Source of the DNA: Macrostomum lignano
Lineage: Eukaryota
Direction of reading: 5' to 3'
NCBI GenBank assembly: GCA_002269645.1
Contig: NIVC01000758.1
Span: 310,001 to 374,000 of the forward strand
DNA length: 64,000 nt
Shown here: piece after piece, positions 1-16,370 of the stretch
Numbering within the stretch: position 1 is the stretch's first letter
Layout: each line of letters opens with the position of its first letter
Translations under genes and position numbers: made by a program
The notes under the pieces: generated by a model
Databases searched by the model: none
What the model saw: only the letters and a program-made list of their open reading frames with translations
What the model was told of the DNA's origin: nothing

Positions 1-107
1 ACTGGTTAGCACTGTGGTAATAAGGGTTAAGGAAGGTAATCTTGAGTCATACGAATCTCCGATGCCCATGGGAAAGTCGGGATGGATGTACATGTACGAG
101 CTATGTT

Positions 108-995
108 CAGGGGCGTCGTCACCGGGAAGGACAGGGGGACATGTCCCCCCTCCCAGTAAAAGTTATGGAGGTGACATGCCAATACTTTGTCCACCCACCC
201 CACCTCTGTTGACCTGTTATGGAAATCAAAATTTTGCTTCAGGGTGACAAAACCTAGCGCCTGCGGACTAAAATGGTGCCTGCGGCGCCAAATTGAGTGC
301 CTGTGGCGCTAAAATGGTGCTGTGGCGCTAAAATGGTGCCTGCGGCGCTAAAATGGTGCCTGTGGCGCTAAAATGGTGCCTGCAGCGCTAAAATGGTGTC
401 TGTGGCGCTAAGATGGTGCCTGCGGCGCTAAAATGGAGCCTGTGGCGCTAAAATAGTGGCTGCGGCGCTAAAATGGTGCCTGCGGCGCTAAAATGGTGCC
501 TGCGGCGCTAAAATGGTGCCTGTGGCGCTAAAATGGTGCCTGCAGCGCTAAAATGGTGTCTGTGGCGCTAAGATGGTGCCTGTGGCGCTAAAATGGTGCC
601 TGCAGCGCTAAAATGGTGCCTGCGGCGCTAAGATGGTGCCTGCGGCGCTAAAATGGAGCCTGTGGCGCTAAAATAGTGGCTGCGGCGCTAAAATGGTGCC
701 TGCGGCGCTAAAATGGTGCCTGCGGCGCTAAGATGGTGCCTGCGGCGCTAAAATGGAGCCTGTGGCGCTAAAATAGTGGCTGCGGCGCTAAAATGGTGCC
801 TGCGGCGCTAAAATGGTGCCTGCGGCGCTAAAATGGTGCCTGCGGCGCTAAAATGGTGCCTGTGGAGCTAAAATGGTGCCCGCGGCGCTAAGATGGTCCC
901 TGTGGCGCCAAAATGATTGCTGACAACACCAATTCTGAAAGTAATGTACACGTAGAAATTTAGTCATAAAATACTCGTACATGGCGACGCCCCTG
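108..995. mobile_element. Non-autonomous hAT-type element (MITE) filled with a 20-bp tandem array
   Basis: TIRs CAGGGGCGTCG (108) and CGACGCCCCTG (ends 995). Flanks GCTATGTT (100-107) and GCTAAGTT (996-1003) form an 8-bp TSD with 1 mismatch, typical of hAT. Confidence 0.8.
268..910. repeat. 20-bp minisatellite (GGCGCTAAAATGGTGCCTGC), about 30 copies
   Basis: Direct tandem repetition visible in the sequence. Confidence 0.95.
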
Positions 996-1130
996 GCTAA
1001 GTTCCTGTGCTGTATATTGACAGGGGCGTCGCCAAAGAGATGACAGGACCAGGGGCATGCCCTTGCAGTTAAAGTGATCAAAAAGCCCCATAAATGAAAA
1101 TCTTTTAGATGTAGTGAGCCGCTAGTTTAT

Positions 1131-2120
1131 TGTTAGGCGTCGCCCTTGTCAGCCGCTCCCTTGCCCTCCCTTTGGGTTGCTGTCTGCCGCTGGTCAGCTT
1201 CCCGTCCCTTTTTCGTTTGCCTGTTGCCCCCCCGTGTCCCTTTCCGCCCTGTTGCGTCTCCGTTCTCAGCCCTCAGTCTCTCGACTGTGGGCTGTCTCTG
1301 TTTCGCTTCCATCCTGTTTTCTTCTGTCATGTGAGCAAGTCACATGACAGCTCTTGCGTTCTTTGAGTCTTAAAGTGCAGTAAACATGTTTACTGCACTC
1401 GTTGGCCCTGTTTACCGGGTGAGTCACATGCTTTCGGACCCCTCCCTTTTCTAAGGAGAGGAGTGACTCATGTTGCTAAAAATAGCAACTGAGTCACAGC
1501 CATGTGTACTCTGCCGGGGACCCTCAAGTGACGTCAGTTCTAAAAATAGAACAAGTCACGAGGTCTTCCGCGCGCTTGAACCCTGCCTGAGACTCTCGAG
1601 TGACGTCAGTTCTAAAAATAGAACAAGTCACGAGGTCTGGAGCGTGGGAATTTCCCGGCTATAAATAGGAGCCCTCTCCCCCTTGTTTCCGTCAAGGAGT
1701 CTTCCTTCTGCTCAACCTCGAGTTCTACGTCCGCGTGTGACTAAGTCCCGAGTGTCCGAGTCTTTGCGCACATTGATTCTGTTCCTATTGCTCCGACTGA
1801 GACCCGACCAAACCAACCCAAGTCTACGAGAGGCTAACTCAGCCCTCCCTGTACCATCCAAGCCCGGCAGGTGCTGCTGACGAGACGCCTTATACGTTGA
1901 GCTGCAAATCTGCACGTCGTGCTGTGTTCGTTGACTTCATTATTTCGTTCCGACGGGAAGCTCACCTCACCGAAGGCCGAGACCTGAAGGAACTGGTGGC
2001 AGCACTACCTACGCTACTGAGAGAGTTCAGAAGGCTTCCGAGTGAGAAGACGGAGAGCCCAAGTCACTGCGCTGTACAGCAGGACAACCACAGGTACAAC
2101 ATTGGTGGCAGAGGTGGGAT
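1131..2120 (+). mobile_element. 5' LTR (about 970 bp) plus primer-binding site of a truncated Gypsy-like LTR retrotransposon
   Basis: TGTT start at 1131 and AACA end at 2101; TATAAATA at 1660; then 1 nt and TGGTGGCAGAGGTGGGAT (2103-2120), complementary to a tRNA-Leu-type 3' end. No gag/pol follows. Confidence 0.75.
1464..1667 (+). promoter_or_regulatory. LTR U3 enhancer/promoter: AP-1, MEF2, CRE and NF-kB-like sites plus TATA
   Basis: TGACTCA 1464, CTAAAAATAG 1476, TGAGTCA 1490; 40-bp direct repeat at 1527-1566 and 1599-1638, each with TGACGTCA and CTAAAAATAG; GGGAATTTCCC 1646; TATAAATA 1660. Confidence 0.7.
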
Positions 2121-2503
2121 TCAAAGACCTACCAGGCCACCCCGAGAAAACCCCAGCCTGTACTTCATAGATAATAAAACTATGCCAGGCAGTCTGATTC
2201 TAAGTCTCGCCTTTGGCCCAGAAATACTTTTTAGATTATTGATTACTAAAATATTAAAGTTATGAGAGTTATTCATTTGCTAATCCTTTTTCCTACCCAG
2301 TTCCTACTATAAACTACATAGCGACGCCCTTGTGAACTGGGAGTTCAGCAAAATGCGCATCAGATACTACTACTGTGACATCGCGACACGATGAACTTTG
2401 CTATAGGTTGCATGCACCGAAGTGTTGACTCACGAGCAGTGGAGATTGTTATTGACCGGCTTAGAGATTTGTATTTTATTCAACCACCACCCCATGCGCG
2501 CCG

Positions 2504-2794
2504 CATACATGCGCAACAGTCTGTAGAGTCGGCCGATCCGGCCGACCGATTTGGCGGCCAAACAAGAAAGTCGCAAAAATGCCCACCCAAAAAAACACCC
2601 AAGTAATAGTACTAAGTAGCTGACGAAGCATTTTGGCCTAAAAAGACACTCATAGTTACTCCTGCCGTTTACCCAAAGTTGCATTAATTTTGCTTAAGGG
2701 TTTTTTTACATGTAAGTCGCATTTTTGGCCAAAACTACGTCGCATTTTTGCTAGAACTAAGTCGCACGGCCGACCGAATTTCGGAGGTTGCGCA
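2504..2794 (+). mobile_element. About 295-bp hAT MITE, copy A (right terminus degenerate)
   Basis: Aligns end to end with the reverse complement of 5857-6152; starts CATACATGCGCAAC. Confidence 0.75.
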
Positions 2795-2827
2795 CCTCAT
2801 TGCTAACTAATAAATATTGTCAGCCTA

Positions 2828-6644
<3,817 letters not shown>

Positions 6645-7650
6645 GGTTTATATTTGGCTTGAGCCTTATATAGGACTTAGGAAAGCTTAATCTGAGATTT
6701 AGATTTTTGTTAGGGGGGGCTAGACTAATGCTACCTTACTTTTTTAATATTAAATAATTAATAAAATAAAATAACCAACGTTGGACGTGCTTGCAGATAG
6801 TAAAATAAGTTACTATAATATCTTCTGATGTATGTCAATTTAAACCATGCTAATTAATCATCATAACTATTGAATTAGCCGATTTAAATTTTCAACTAGG
6901 TATTCGGTTGAGCGAATCGGTTACGTGCATGCAAGCTGATTCATTTCGGACAGCGGGTCACATTTTCATTCGAATTCTAACAAAGACAATGTAAATCTTG
7001 TTTACTAGAATGAAACGCAATAAAACTTTAGTACTAATTTTGACGCAATCAAGGTCTATAAACACAATTATTAATATTAAGCTCACTACGCGGCAAATCT
7101 TAGTAGACGATTTCGCTTTTTATCCAATATTTAGTGTTGTATTAATTCTACACCTGAATGTCCTTTGATAGCTACCAAAGTAAATTTGATTCTTTTAAAA
7201 CCAAATACTCCGCGAATAAAAATTGACAAGATCTTACGTATTCGACGCAATTAAGGTTCTTTAGCATGTGATAGCTAAAACACAAAGCCATCGGGTACAC
7301 TAGCGAATCGTGCCACGTACTCGAGTCATCCTCAAATTGTTAGGCCAGGCCACACAGCAGATTACTATAGGCTAAGTCGTAGACTGTATAACAACTCTCC
7401 TATCCGATCGATTAAAAGTAAATGAGCTTTAAGTCGAAGAAAAAATTATTCGAGAACTTAACAAAACAGCACAAATTGCAGTGAAGAAAAATTCAAATGC
7501 TGTAATAAGTTGTATTAGTACGAAGCTGTAGTATATTACACATTACGGTGACCACACAGAGTTGAAGTTGCAGTTTTAATCAAGTCTTATAACGGCACTG
7601 GCTTAGCCAAGCCAACACAACACATAGTGTCTAGCAATTTATAAAAGCAC

Positions 7651-10600
7651 TCAACCCAGGATGGAGTTGATAGCGCTGGCAGTCTCCTTGTCGTCAAGCG
7701 GCGGCGGCGCCGTCGATGCATCAATCGCGGTGGCAGCAGCCGGGGCAGCAGCTTCAAACCGGTAGCCGGATGCTGACGCAGCCGAAGGAGCCGAGCCCGG
7801 GTCCAGTGGCGCGCGGCCCCAGTGAAAGGCGGCCATCTTGGCTGGCAGCCGGTCCTGCAGACGCTGCTTCCGCTTCTTGCCGACGCTGCCGCCACCAAAC
7901 GCGGAGGTCGGCGTGGCTGGCGCCGGCGAAGACGCCGACGAAGAGGCCGCAGTAGGCGGAGCCTGCAGCTGCAGCGACAGGGGCATCGGCATCGCCGGGA
8001 ATGACGGCGACTGGACGGCGCCGCTAGCCGGAGACGGCACCGCGTCCGCAGTGTCCTCGCTTCCGATCTCGGACGCCGGCTCGTCCGCTTCCGCTTCTCG
8101 TCCGGCTGATACGTCGAAGATGTCCCGTCGGACAAAGTCGGCTACCTCAGTGGCGGCCCGGGCATCCACGCCCGCCTGGCAGAGGCGGAGGGCGCGCAGC
8201 CAGCGGTGGCCGGCGCGCAGGTAGTGGTCGCAGCCGGGGAACAGCACTAAGCGGGATTTGGCCGGCCAGCGCTGCCGCAGCCAGTCCAGCTCGTCTGGGC
8301 AGGCGAAGCCGGTCTCCGTGCCCAGCAGCAGCAGGCTGGGCAGGCTGTGGTGCAGCAGGTGGTCCTCAGGGAAGCCACGCCGGCCAAAGATGTCCCGGCT
8401 AGGCGGGCCAATGAGGACGCAGCCGGCCAGGCAGTCGGGCAGCTGGTTGCGGCGCTGCACAGTGCAGAGCAGGTAGGTGCCGGCCAGGCAGGCCGAGGGG
8501 CCGAGACAGACAGCCAGGACCCGGTCCAGGTCGGGCTGGTTCAGCTGGGCGCGGAATCGGACCAGCAGCTGCAGGTGTGAGTTGAGGGCCAAACGGCTTG
8601 ATTTGATTGTCTTGAAAAAATCAGAAAATGATTGCGAGACACAGGGGATTCGCCCAGCCCACCTGTCTGCAGTACTCGGACACGCTGCAGCCGGCCGCTA
8701 CCCGACCGTCTACAATATTCACCCGGCCGAGACGGCCGAGAGCCGCGGCCAGCGACTGCAGTCGGGAACTGGCGGCTGGCAGGCTGGACAGCAGCACCAG
8801 GCCCAGCTTCGGCTGCTGGCCCGGCTCGGGCAGCAGCGGCGGCTGCACTCCCTGGATCTCTGCGCGGGACAGGCGGCGCTCCAGCGAGTCCGGCTCAGCT
8901 GCGCCCACGACCAGCTCGCGCACCTGCGGTTAAGGAAGCGTTGATAATTGGGGAGATGGGGATCTGGGAGGGTGGATGAGGAACTGAGTGGTGAGGAACT
9001 GGGAGGGTGGGTGAGGATCTGGAAGGGTGGATGAGGATCTGGGAGGGTGAATGGGGATCTGGGAGGGTGGTGAGAATTTGGGAGTGTGGATGAGGATCTG
9101 GGAAGGTGGGTGAGGATCTGGGAAGGTGGGTGAGGATCTGGGAAGGTGGGTGAGGATCTGGAAGGGTGAATGGGGATCTGGGAGGGTGACTAAGAATATG
9201 GGAGAGTGACTAAGAATCTGAGAGTGTGGATGAGAATCTGGGAGTGTGGATGAGGATCTGGGAAGGTGGGTAAGGACCTGAGAGGGTGGGTGAGGACCTG
9301 AGAGGGTGGGTGAGGATCTGGGAGGGTGGGTGAGGATCTGGGAGGGTGGGTGAGGATCTGAGAGGGTGGGTGAGGATCTGAGAGGGTGGGTGAGGATCTG
9401 GGAGGGTGGGTGAGGATCTGGGAGGGTGGGTGAGGATCTGGGAGGGTGGGTGAGGATCTGGGAGGGTGGGTGAGGATCTGGGAGGGTGGGTGAGGATCTG
9501 GGAGGGTGGGTGAGGATCTGGGAGGGTGGTGAGGATCTGGGTGGCGAGTGGCCCAGCCAATAGGATCAGGCACAATAAGCAGTCTCGCACCTGTCCAGTG
9601 ATGTTGGCCCGCCCGCAGCCGCCGCTGGCGAGCCGCTCGCTGGCGCCGCCAGTGCCGGATAGGAGAGTCTGCTGCACCAGCGCCGGGTGCCGGCGGTTTA
9701 GCGCGGTCAGGCCGTCCAGGTAGGAGGCCAGCAAGCGCAGCGGCAGGTGGTGAATGAGGGCGGTGTGGGCGCGCAGCAGGAAGGCCCGATCCCACTGGTA
9801 CAGGCCGAGCAGCTTGCGGAGGCTGCGGGCCAGGCGCTTCACCTGCAGGCAGCGGTGCACATCCCAGTGGGACAGCTGCGGGGATGGGGAGGCGAGGAAG
9901 TCTTCAGCCGCTGCTCCAGAAACCAGCCAGCAAATGTTGACGGTCAAGACAAAGACGAGGAGACTTTTTTAAATCGTTAAGCACGCTGGGTTTGGCGGCC
10001 CTCATGGGCGCCAATTGAACGACAAGACCCAAATCGAACCCCGGTTATCGTCACCGCCGAGCCGGGCTGCTTACCGACTGGGTCACCGAGCTGGCCAGCA
10101 CGTCGCTCATCAGCATTTGAACGATGGAGTCGAACAGGCGGTTGTGCTGCATTGTCCAGCCCGCCCTGCGAGTGGCGGTGGCAAAATGGGCTTGTAGAGG
10201 CTTAAGGATTTAAAGAAAAATGAGGATAAGGACTCAAAAGCCGCAATGAGGAAAGACCCAAAAACCGAAATGAAGATAAGGACTCAAAGCCTAGATGGGG
10301 ATAAAGACTCAAAGCCTAGATGGGGATAAAGACTCAAAGCCTAGATGGGGATAAAGACTCAAAGCCAAGATGGGGATAAAGACTCAAAGCCTAGATGGGG
10401 ATAAAGACTCAAAGCCGAGATAAGGTCAAGGATAATAAAGACTAAAACGCCGATATGAGGATAAAGACTTAAAAGCAGATATGAGGATAAAGATTCCAAG
10501 CCGATACAGATCCCACTCACCTGGACACCTGGTCCTCCCACTGGTCAGGCTCGGGGCACTCGGCCACGCCGATGAGCTGCAGGCGGTGCAGCATGCAGCG

Positions 10601-11453
10601 CTCGCTGCGCCATTCGGCCCGATCGACAATGCAGTCTGGCTTGGCCTCCGCCGGCGCCACGGACACCACGTCCACTTCGGCCGGCTCCGCGTTGCTGCCA
10701 GAGAGCGGATGTTCGATTGCCGAACTGTATCAATAGCTTGCTCTTCACAATGCTACTAGTGAGTAGGCTAAGGAGCCCAGAATCTTCGAACAGAAATTTA
10801 TTTGATCCTTCAGTCAGCCCCTGAGCACCCTTGCATCCTTCAGTGAGCCCCTGAGCACCCTTGCATCCTTCAATGAGCCCCTGAGCACCCTTGCATCCTT
10901 CGATGAGCCCCTGAGCACCCTTGCATCCTTCGATGAGCCCCTGAGCACCCTTGCATCCTTCGATGAGCCCCTGAGCACCCTTGGATCCTTTGATGAGCCC
11001 CTGAGCACCCTTGGATCCTTCGATGAGCCCCTGAGCACCCTTGGATCCTTCGATGAGTCCCTGAGCACCCTTGGATCCTTCGATGAGCTCTTGAGCACCC
11101 TTGGATCCTTCGATGAGCCCCTGAGCACCCTTGCATCCTTCGATGAGCCCCTGAGCACCCTTGCATCCTTCGATGAGCCCCTGAGCACCCTTGGATCCTT
11201 CGATGAGCCCCTGAGCACCCTTGGATCCTCTGTGCTCAGAAGTAGGTACCCAATGACCCACAGCTCACCCAGCAGGCGCAGCAGCCCGACTGTCAGGCAT
11301 GTCAAACAGCGCCGTTCGCCTTGGCTGGCATTTCTGCAGCGCTGGAATGAAGCGCCAGGACTTGCAGTAGGAGTGCTCAGCCAGCACAGGGTGCTGAACG
11401 GCTGGCCCATCTGGGTCCTGCGGCGGCAGGTCCAGCAGGAGGTTGAAGCTCAT
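7651..11453 (-). CDS. KANSL3: KAT8 regulatory NSL complex subunit 3 (6 exons: 11453-11269, 10724-10521, 10165-10075, 9875-9591, 8923-8663, 8568-7651)
   Basis: Motifs EHSYCKSW, VDVVSV...PDQWEDQVSR-AGWTMQHNRLF, WDRAFLLRAHTALIHHLPLRLLASYLDGL, and hydrolase-fold PSLLLLG...SRLVLFPGCDHYLR...VDARAATEVADFV match recalled KANSL3 blocks; GT-AG sites keep frame. Confidence 0.88.
8955..9540. repeat. 20-bp minisatellite (GAGGATCTGGGAGGGTGGGT) in KANSL3 intron 4
   Basis: Direct tandem repetition. Confidence 0.95.
10265..10490. repeat. 25-bp minisatellite (AAAGCCTAGATGGGGATAAAGACTC) in KANSL3 intron 2
   Basis: About 5 good copies plus degenerate flanking copies. Confidence 0.9.
10811..11230. repeat. 30-bp minisatellite (GAGCCCCTGAGCACCCTTGCATCCTTCGAT) in KANSL3 intron 1
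   Basis: About 14 tandem copies. Confidence 0.95.
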
Positions 11454-11901
11454 GCCGGCATGCAGCCAAATCAGTTTTACTTATTATTTTATTGCATTGA
11501 TTTATAGTCACGTGACTACAGAGCAACTACGAAATGAGTTGAGCATTGAGCAGTGGTTTAATTAGTGAATTAGTTATAAGCCTGGCCACTCCCCTAGCAC
11601 AGACATGCTTGGGCGCAACCTAAAGATTCACCCAGCCATTTCTATTGGCAACACACACATGTAAGTTGCAATACATGTAAGTTAGGCCTAGCTAGAATAT
11701 AGACTAGCCTATACTTTGAAACTTACATTTAAATTTTTTTAATGAAAAGGGTACACTAAAATTGTCTAATGATTTTTAAAAAAATAGAACCAAATAAGCA
11801 ATATAGTATGATAAGGCCTAGCCAAAAATAGTTTTTAAAAAATTGATGCTTTTTTCGACATTTTTCAACAAATTCAACAACATTATTCATTAAACACAAA
11901 A

Positions 11902-12218
11902 GGCAAAGCTTATCCCCACGGTACTGTAGGAATAATTTCTGTCTTATTCCAACAATACCGTGGGAATAATTTTCTGCTTATCCGCATAGCACACTGACGA
12001 GATAGCTGCCCCATCTTTTACATATGCTATGGGAATAATTTAATTTAGTACATTAATTTAATTTAGTATTTTAATTATTCCCACGGCATACCGCATATGT
12101 AGAAGATGGGGCAGCTATCTCGTCAGTGTGCCGTGCAGATAAGCAGAAAATTATTCCCACGGTATTGTTGGAATAAGACAGAAATTATTCCTATGGTACC
12201 GTGGGGATAAGTACTGCC
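11902..12218. mobile_element. Fold-back MITE, Mutator (MULE)-like
   Basis: About 140-bp inverted arms (GGCAAAGCTTATCCCCACGG...CCGTGGGGATAAGTACTGCC); perfect 9-bp TSD AACACAAAA. Confidence 0.88.
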
Positions 12219-13554
12219 AACACAAAAAATAAATCTGAATCTTTCAAATTTGAACTACAAATTAAATTATATAAAGGTACTAAATAAATAGATTTTGACT
12301 TTTTAACCTAAGACTTAATAATACAAAGATTAAAATAAATTACAAACAATGGTGTTTTCAACAAGTAAAAGTGCCTAAACTTAAAGCAGTGCAATCATAC
12401 AAAATATGACTATAGCCTATAGGCCTAAGTAGGTCTATGTATATATTAATATATATGGATGGTGGTGTGAAGAGCATTGAATAGGCCTAGATAACACTGA
12501 GTCGCCAACATAATAAGTCCAAAGATTCCTAAGGAGTGTTACATTTGCTCTGTAGAAGTATAGGCCTATTTGAATTTGTAACTGTACTGTACCTGTGAGC
12601 TTGTGGCTGCTATACTAGATAGGCCTACTTTGCATAGGCCCCCTATATTGCATATTGCACTCGGTCTTTGCTCCTATTATAACCCAATTTTCCCAGCCAA
12701 CGAATTGACCGCCCGCAAGTTATTCATATATTCGTCCCTTCATTTGCGATGAACTAAAATTTTTAATATGAATTTTACAGTTTTAAGGACTACAATTGCA
12801 AATAGGCGATCGCTATCAAAGAATTCCTAAGGATTGACAAAAATCGTGATTTTAGAGCTGTAAATATGAATAGTAATAAAAACATTAATAATTTATTAAA
12901 AGACTTTAAAAAAACAAATTAATCCACTTTTTTTCTTGTTTAACCTAAATAGAAAAAAATGCACTAATACTTTGTTTTAACTATTGTTTTTAGTTTGCAT
13001 AGGTTTAAATAGCGGAAAAAGTGTTTTTTCTTTGTCATCTACTAAACCCCAAAGTGGTGATAAATGCAAAAGTCTTGTTCTTAATATAAAGCGCAAAACT
13101 ATTGACAGGAAGTTAAATTATACTTTTCTCTTTACTAATCCTATCTAGTTTATCATTTAATATAAACTAGGCTAAGTCATGACGCTTTATGTTAGGTAAG
13201 TCTATTTATTGTTACTGTGCAGTGCAATAAGTCATGTTGTAGGCCTAGCGGCAGCGCCTAGGGCCCCTAGGGGTTGTAGCGGGTCGCTTTCACAAACCCT
13301 AAATTTCACAACGTCGCAAGACACAAACTTTCATAAGCTCTAAATTTTATAAACTTTGTTCACAACGTCGAAAAGTTGTGCGCAGTATTTCATGAGCTCT
13401 AAATTTCACAACGTCGAAAACAAAACTTGCATCAGATCAGACTGGATAAACTATAAATTTTACAAGCCCTAAATTTTGTTGTGAAATTGTGAAATTTAGG
13501 GCTTGTGGAAATCTGTGCATGCCTTTTAGGTATTATGAAATATAGGGCTTGTGC

Positions 13555-14055
13555 CATAGTCTGGATCTTGGCCTGTATGCCAAATTAATTTGGCATACAG
13601 TCACCCCTTGCTAACCCTATTGGCGTACAACCGAAAAATTGGGCCCTACCTATTGGCGTGAGTAGCGTACACGCTGTTGCTGTTGCAACTTGCAATGTAA
13701 TGTACATAAACATTGGTATTTTTTTAGGAATTTGCACAATAATTAAAAAAATGGAATTTATGTTAGAAATACATTCACTTTAACAAAATATATTCCCATC
13801 TATTGTTCTATTGAATAATTTTAATATTCTAATAAAACCTGCTGCATATAGTGTATATAGTATACTATTGGTATCTTGGACTTGGAGTTGGAAACTATTC
13901 AACTTTTCATCAAATAGTTTTGAAGTAGGTAATTTGTACCTTTAAAAGTGGCATACAGTTAGGGAAGGCAGAAAAAATTTGGCGTACATAGGTGTACAAA
14001 CTGTGGATCTATCAAGTTTTAGTTTGGCATACACCTTGCCATGATCCAAACTATG
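13555..14055. mobile_element. About 500-bp TIR element inside a degenerate AAATTTAGGG / CACAACGTCG repeat-rich element (about 13290-14130)
   Basis: CATAGTCTGGATCTTGGC at 13555 and GCCATGATCCAAACTATG ending 14055; no clean TSD. Confidence 0.5.
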
Positions 14056-14758
14056 GGGCTTATAAAATTTAGGTGTTGTAAATCTGTTGCATTGCTTATT
14101 TTCAACGTTGTGAAAATTAGGGTTTATAAAATATAGGTCTTATAAGTTTTGCATCATTTTTTTATCTTTTTTCTTTAGCCTATAACTTGATATTTTGGTT
14201 TCAGGATTCTAATTATCACTGTCTTTAATTAGCATAATTAGCATTGTTAGGGCCTATTAAAAACTTTTGATTTGTTAGATATTCAATTCAGTTAAATAAC
14301 CATTATATTATATAAACAATAGCCGAATAGGGCCTAGTAATGAAAAAATCTTCTTTTTTTTTTTTAGAAATCAAATGCCCATAACTACAGCACAAAGTAA
14401 CCAATTAAGCAATTAAAAACATGTGCAGCTCATTTACTTTAAAAATTGCTTCATTACAATAGGCCCTAGTTTAAATGCTTTTATTTATTTTGTCTACTAA
14501 CAGTTTGCTAAATAGATAAAAACTTTTTCACTTGTAAACTAGTTTGCTTGCTAGGCAATAGAAATAAGGATAAGAGAAAGGTGTTATGCTACCAAAACAT
14601 TTGTTAAAATTGTTAAAATACTATAGAGTCTATCATTTAAACAAACTATTCCACCATGTCCATATAAATATAGTATTTATAGAAATAATAGTTTTAATCT
14701 TTAGAAAATTATTATCCTAAGGCACAGACTATATAATAAAAATAAAAACTATTGTTAA

Positions 14759-15359
14759 CCCTTAGACTGTGTTGATAAGTTCATGCCATAGACACAGTTT
14801 GCGGCTTGGCCTGCCCTGCAGGCCATGAACATTTTTTAATCTTTGGCTAACATGTCTTTAGCTTTCAGTAGCAGCTCCTACTGAGTATTTAGTCTTCAAA
14901 ACTTTTGGATTGTATTTGTATAGCTTGTGGCTCAGTTTTTAAGCCAGAGCAGTTTCTATTAACATCCTTTTCAATTTTTTAAAAGTATTTATCGTCATTA
15001 TGGCTCAAGCAGAGCATTTTGATACTGATACTGATCCTAAGTTTGAAGAAGTAGACGACAGTTTTTCACTGATGATGAGGACAAAACCAAACAAGGAGGC
15101 ATAGAAATGCAAGAGGTAGATAAAGGCTTAGCCGCTGCCCATGGTGCAACCAATATTTGGCATGCATGCCACCCTGGCCAAGATCAGAAGCCAAACTAGG
15201 ACCCTGAGTTCCTTGGCATGCCAGGTGTCAATCCAGATTTGCCGCAACCCAAGAATGCTGACAAAGATCCAGTAGCTATAGAAGACCATAGATATGAGAC
15301 ACTGAGACCATAGATATGAGACCATGACCTATAGAGCAGGCCATCTGCAGTCTTGGGGG
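14759..15359 (+). mobile_element. piggyBac-like internally deleted relic
   Basis: TTAA at 14755 and 15360; CCC...AGACTG and CAGTCT...GGG termini; remnant acidic N-terminus MAQAEHFDTDTDPKFEEVDD and LGMPGVNPDLP segment. Confidence 0.55.
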
Positions 15360-16370
15360 TTAACAACTAAATATCAGATGTAACCTTATTCAAATAACAG
15401 TAAAATGAAAATTACAGGAGTGGGTAACCTAAAACACATTAAGGGTTAAAAATGGGAAATTTCCATGTAGAGAAATAATGACATTAACTAGGATCATATT
15501 CATAAGTAAAAATATATATTATAGTAATTAAGTAAATAGGCAAGTTTATACATAGGAAGATTTATACTTGGTGAGAATGAAACCAAACAAAATATAAAAT
15601 AAAAAAGAGTAAAGGCTTTGCTTGCCACATTATCAATTAGTGTAGATTTTCTGATTTTCATTTTGGAAAAGACTAGCCCTAAAAATTAAAATTATTATGT
15701 AGCTCCCCATCCTACTCTACATTTCTAGAATACAAAAACAGTTTTAGAAAGTGTTCAGCAAAAAATGACTAGTGTCCAGTTGAAATTATTAAGGTCTAGA
15801 AGTTAATTTTAAAAATGTTAGGTAAAAGAAGCTTCTATAGCTAGGCCTAATTTATAAGTATTTTGTTGCTAGTCAAATAGAAATGACTAGGATTCATAGT
15901 CTAGACTATGCTATATGCACACCCAACAAAAATTGAACAATTACAAATGTATAGCAATACATGCTGAAAAAGTTGGAGTGCATGCTTGCTAATCAATGTA
16001 TAATACTGCTATTCTATATGCTACACTAGTCAATATAAATTCAAATTCATAAAAAGCAAATATTTAAACTTATGTAAGGGAACTTACGAGTATAAAATTT
16101 TTATTATGGTATGGTTTATATCTGATATTTTGGCTATACCATTTGTGGTAAGATTTCAATAAGCATAAAGATTTGTTAAAATGCACTATTATGAGTTCGA
16201 AAAATAATGAGAAAGCTTGAATTTATGCTTAAAAATGAATGTATTAATACTTTTCCACTTACCTCACAAACCTTTCGCAAATTGTGGAATGCATAATTCC
16301 ATTTCCCTCTCCACCTGGCAGGCAGCAGCTGGCGCCAGACCAGGCCGACCTGTCATTCGAGACCTGCCCG

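Larger units (their letters stand above)
1021..2332. mobile_element. Possible second element of the same CAGGGGCGTCG TIR family, hosting the LTR fragment
   Basis: CAGGGGCGTCGCC at 1021 and GCGACGCCCTTG at 2321-2332. No 8-bp TSD found, so the pairing of the two ends is uncertain. Confidence 0.45.

Noticed and set aside
2340-2410. Alternative Rab6 exon 4 duplicate (SRDVTVVV-like peptide on minus)
   Set aside because: No DTAGQE motif, wrong length, in-frame similarity too weak.
16284-16370. Kinase start at 16284 as in the ORF track
   Set aside because: That codon is GTG in an AT-rich, intron-like context; the first ATG is 16371, though an upstream exon is possible.
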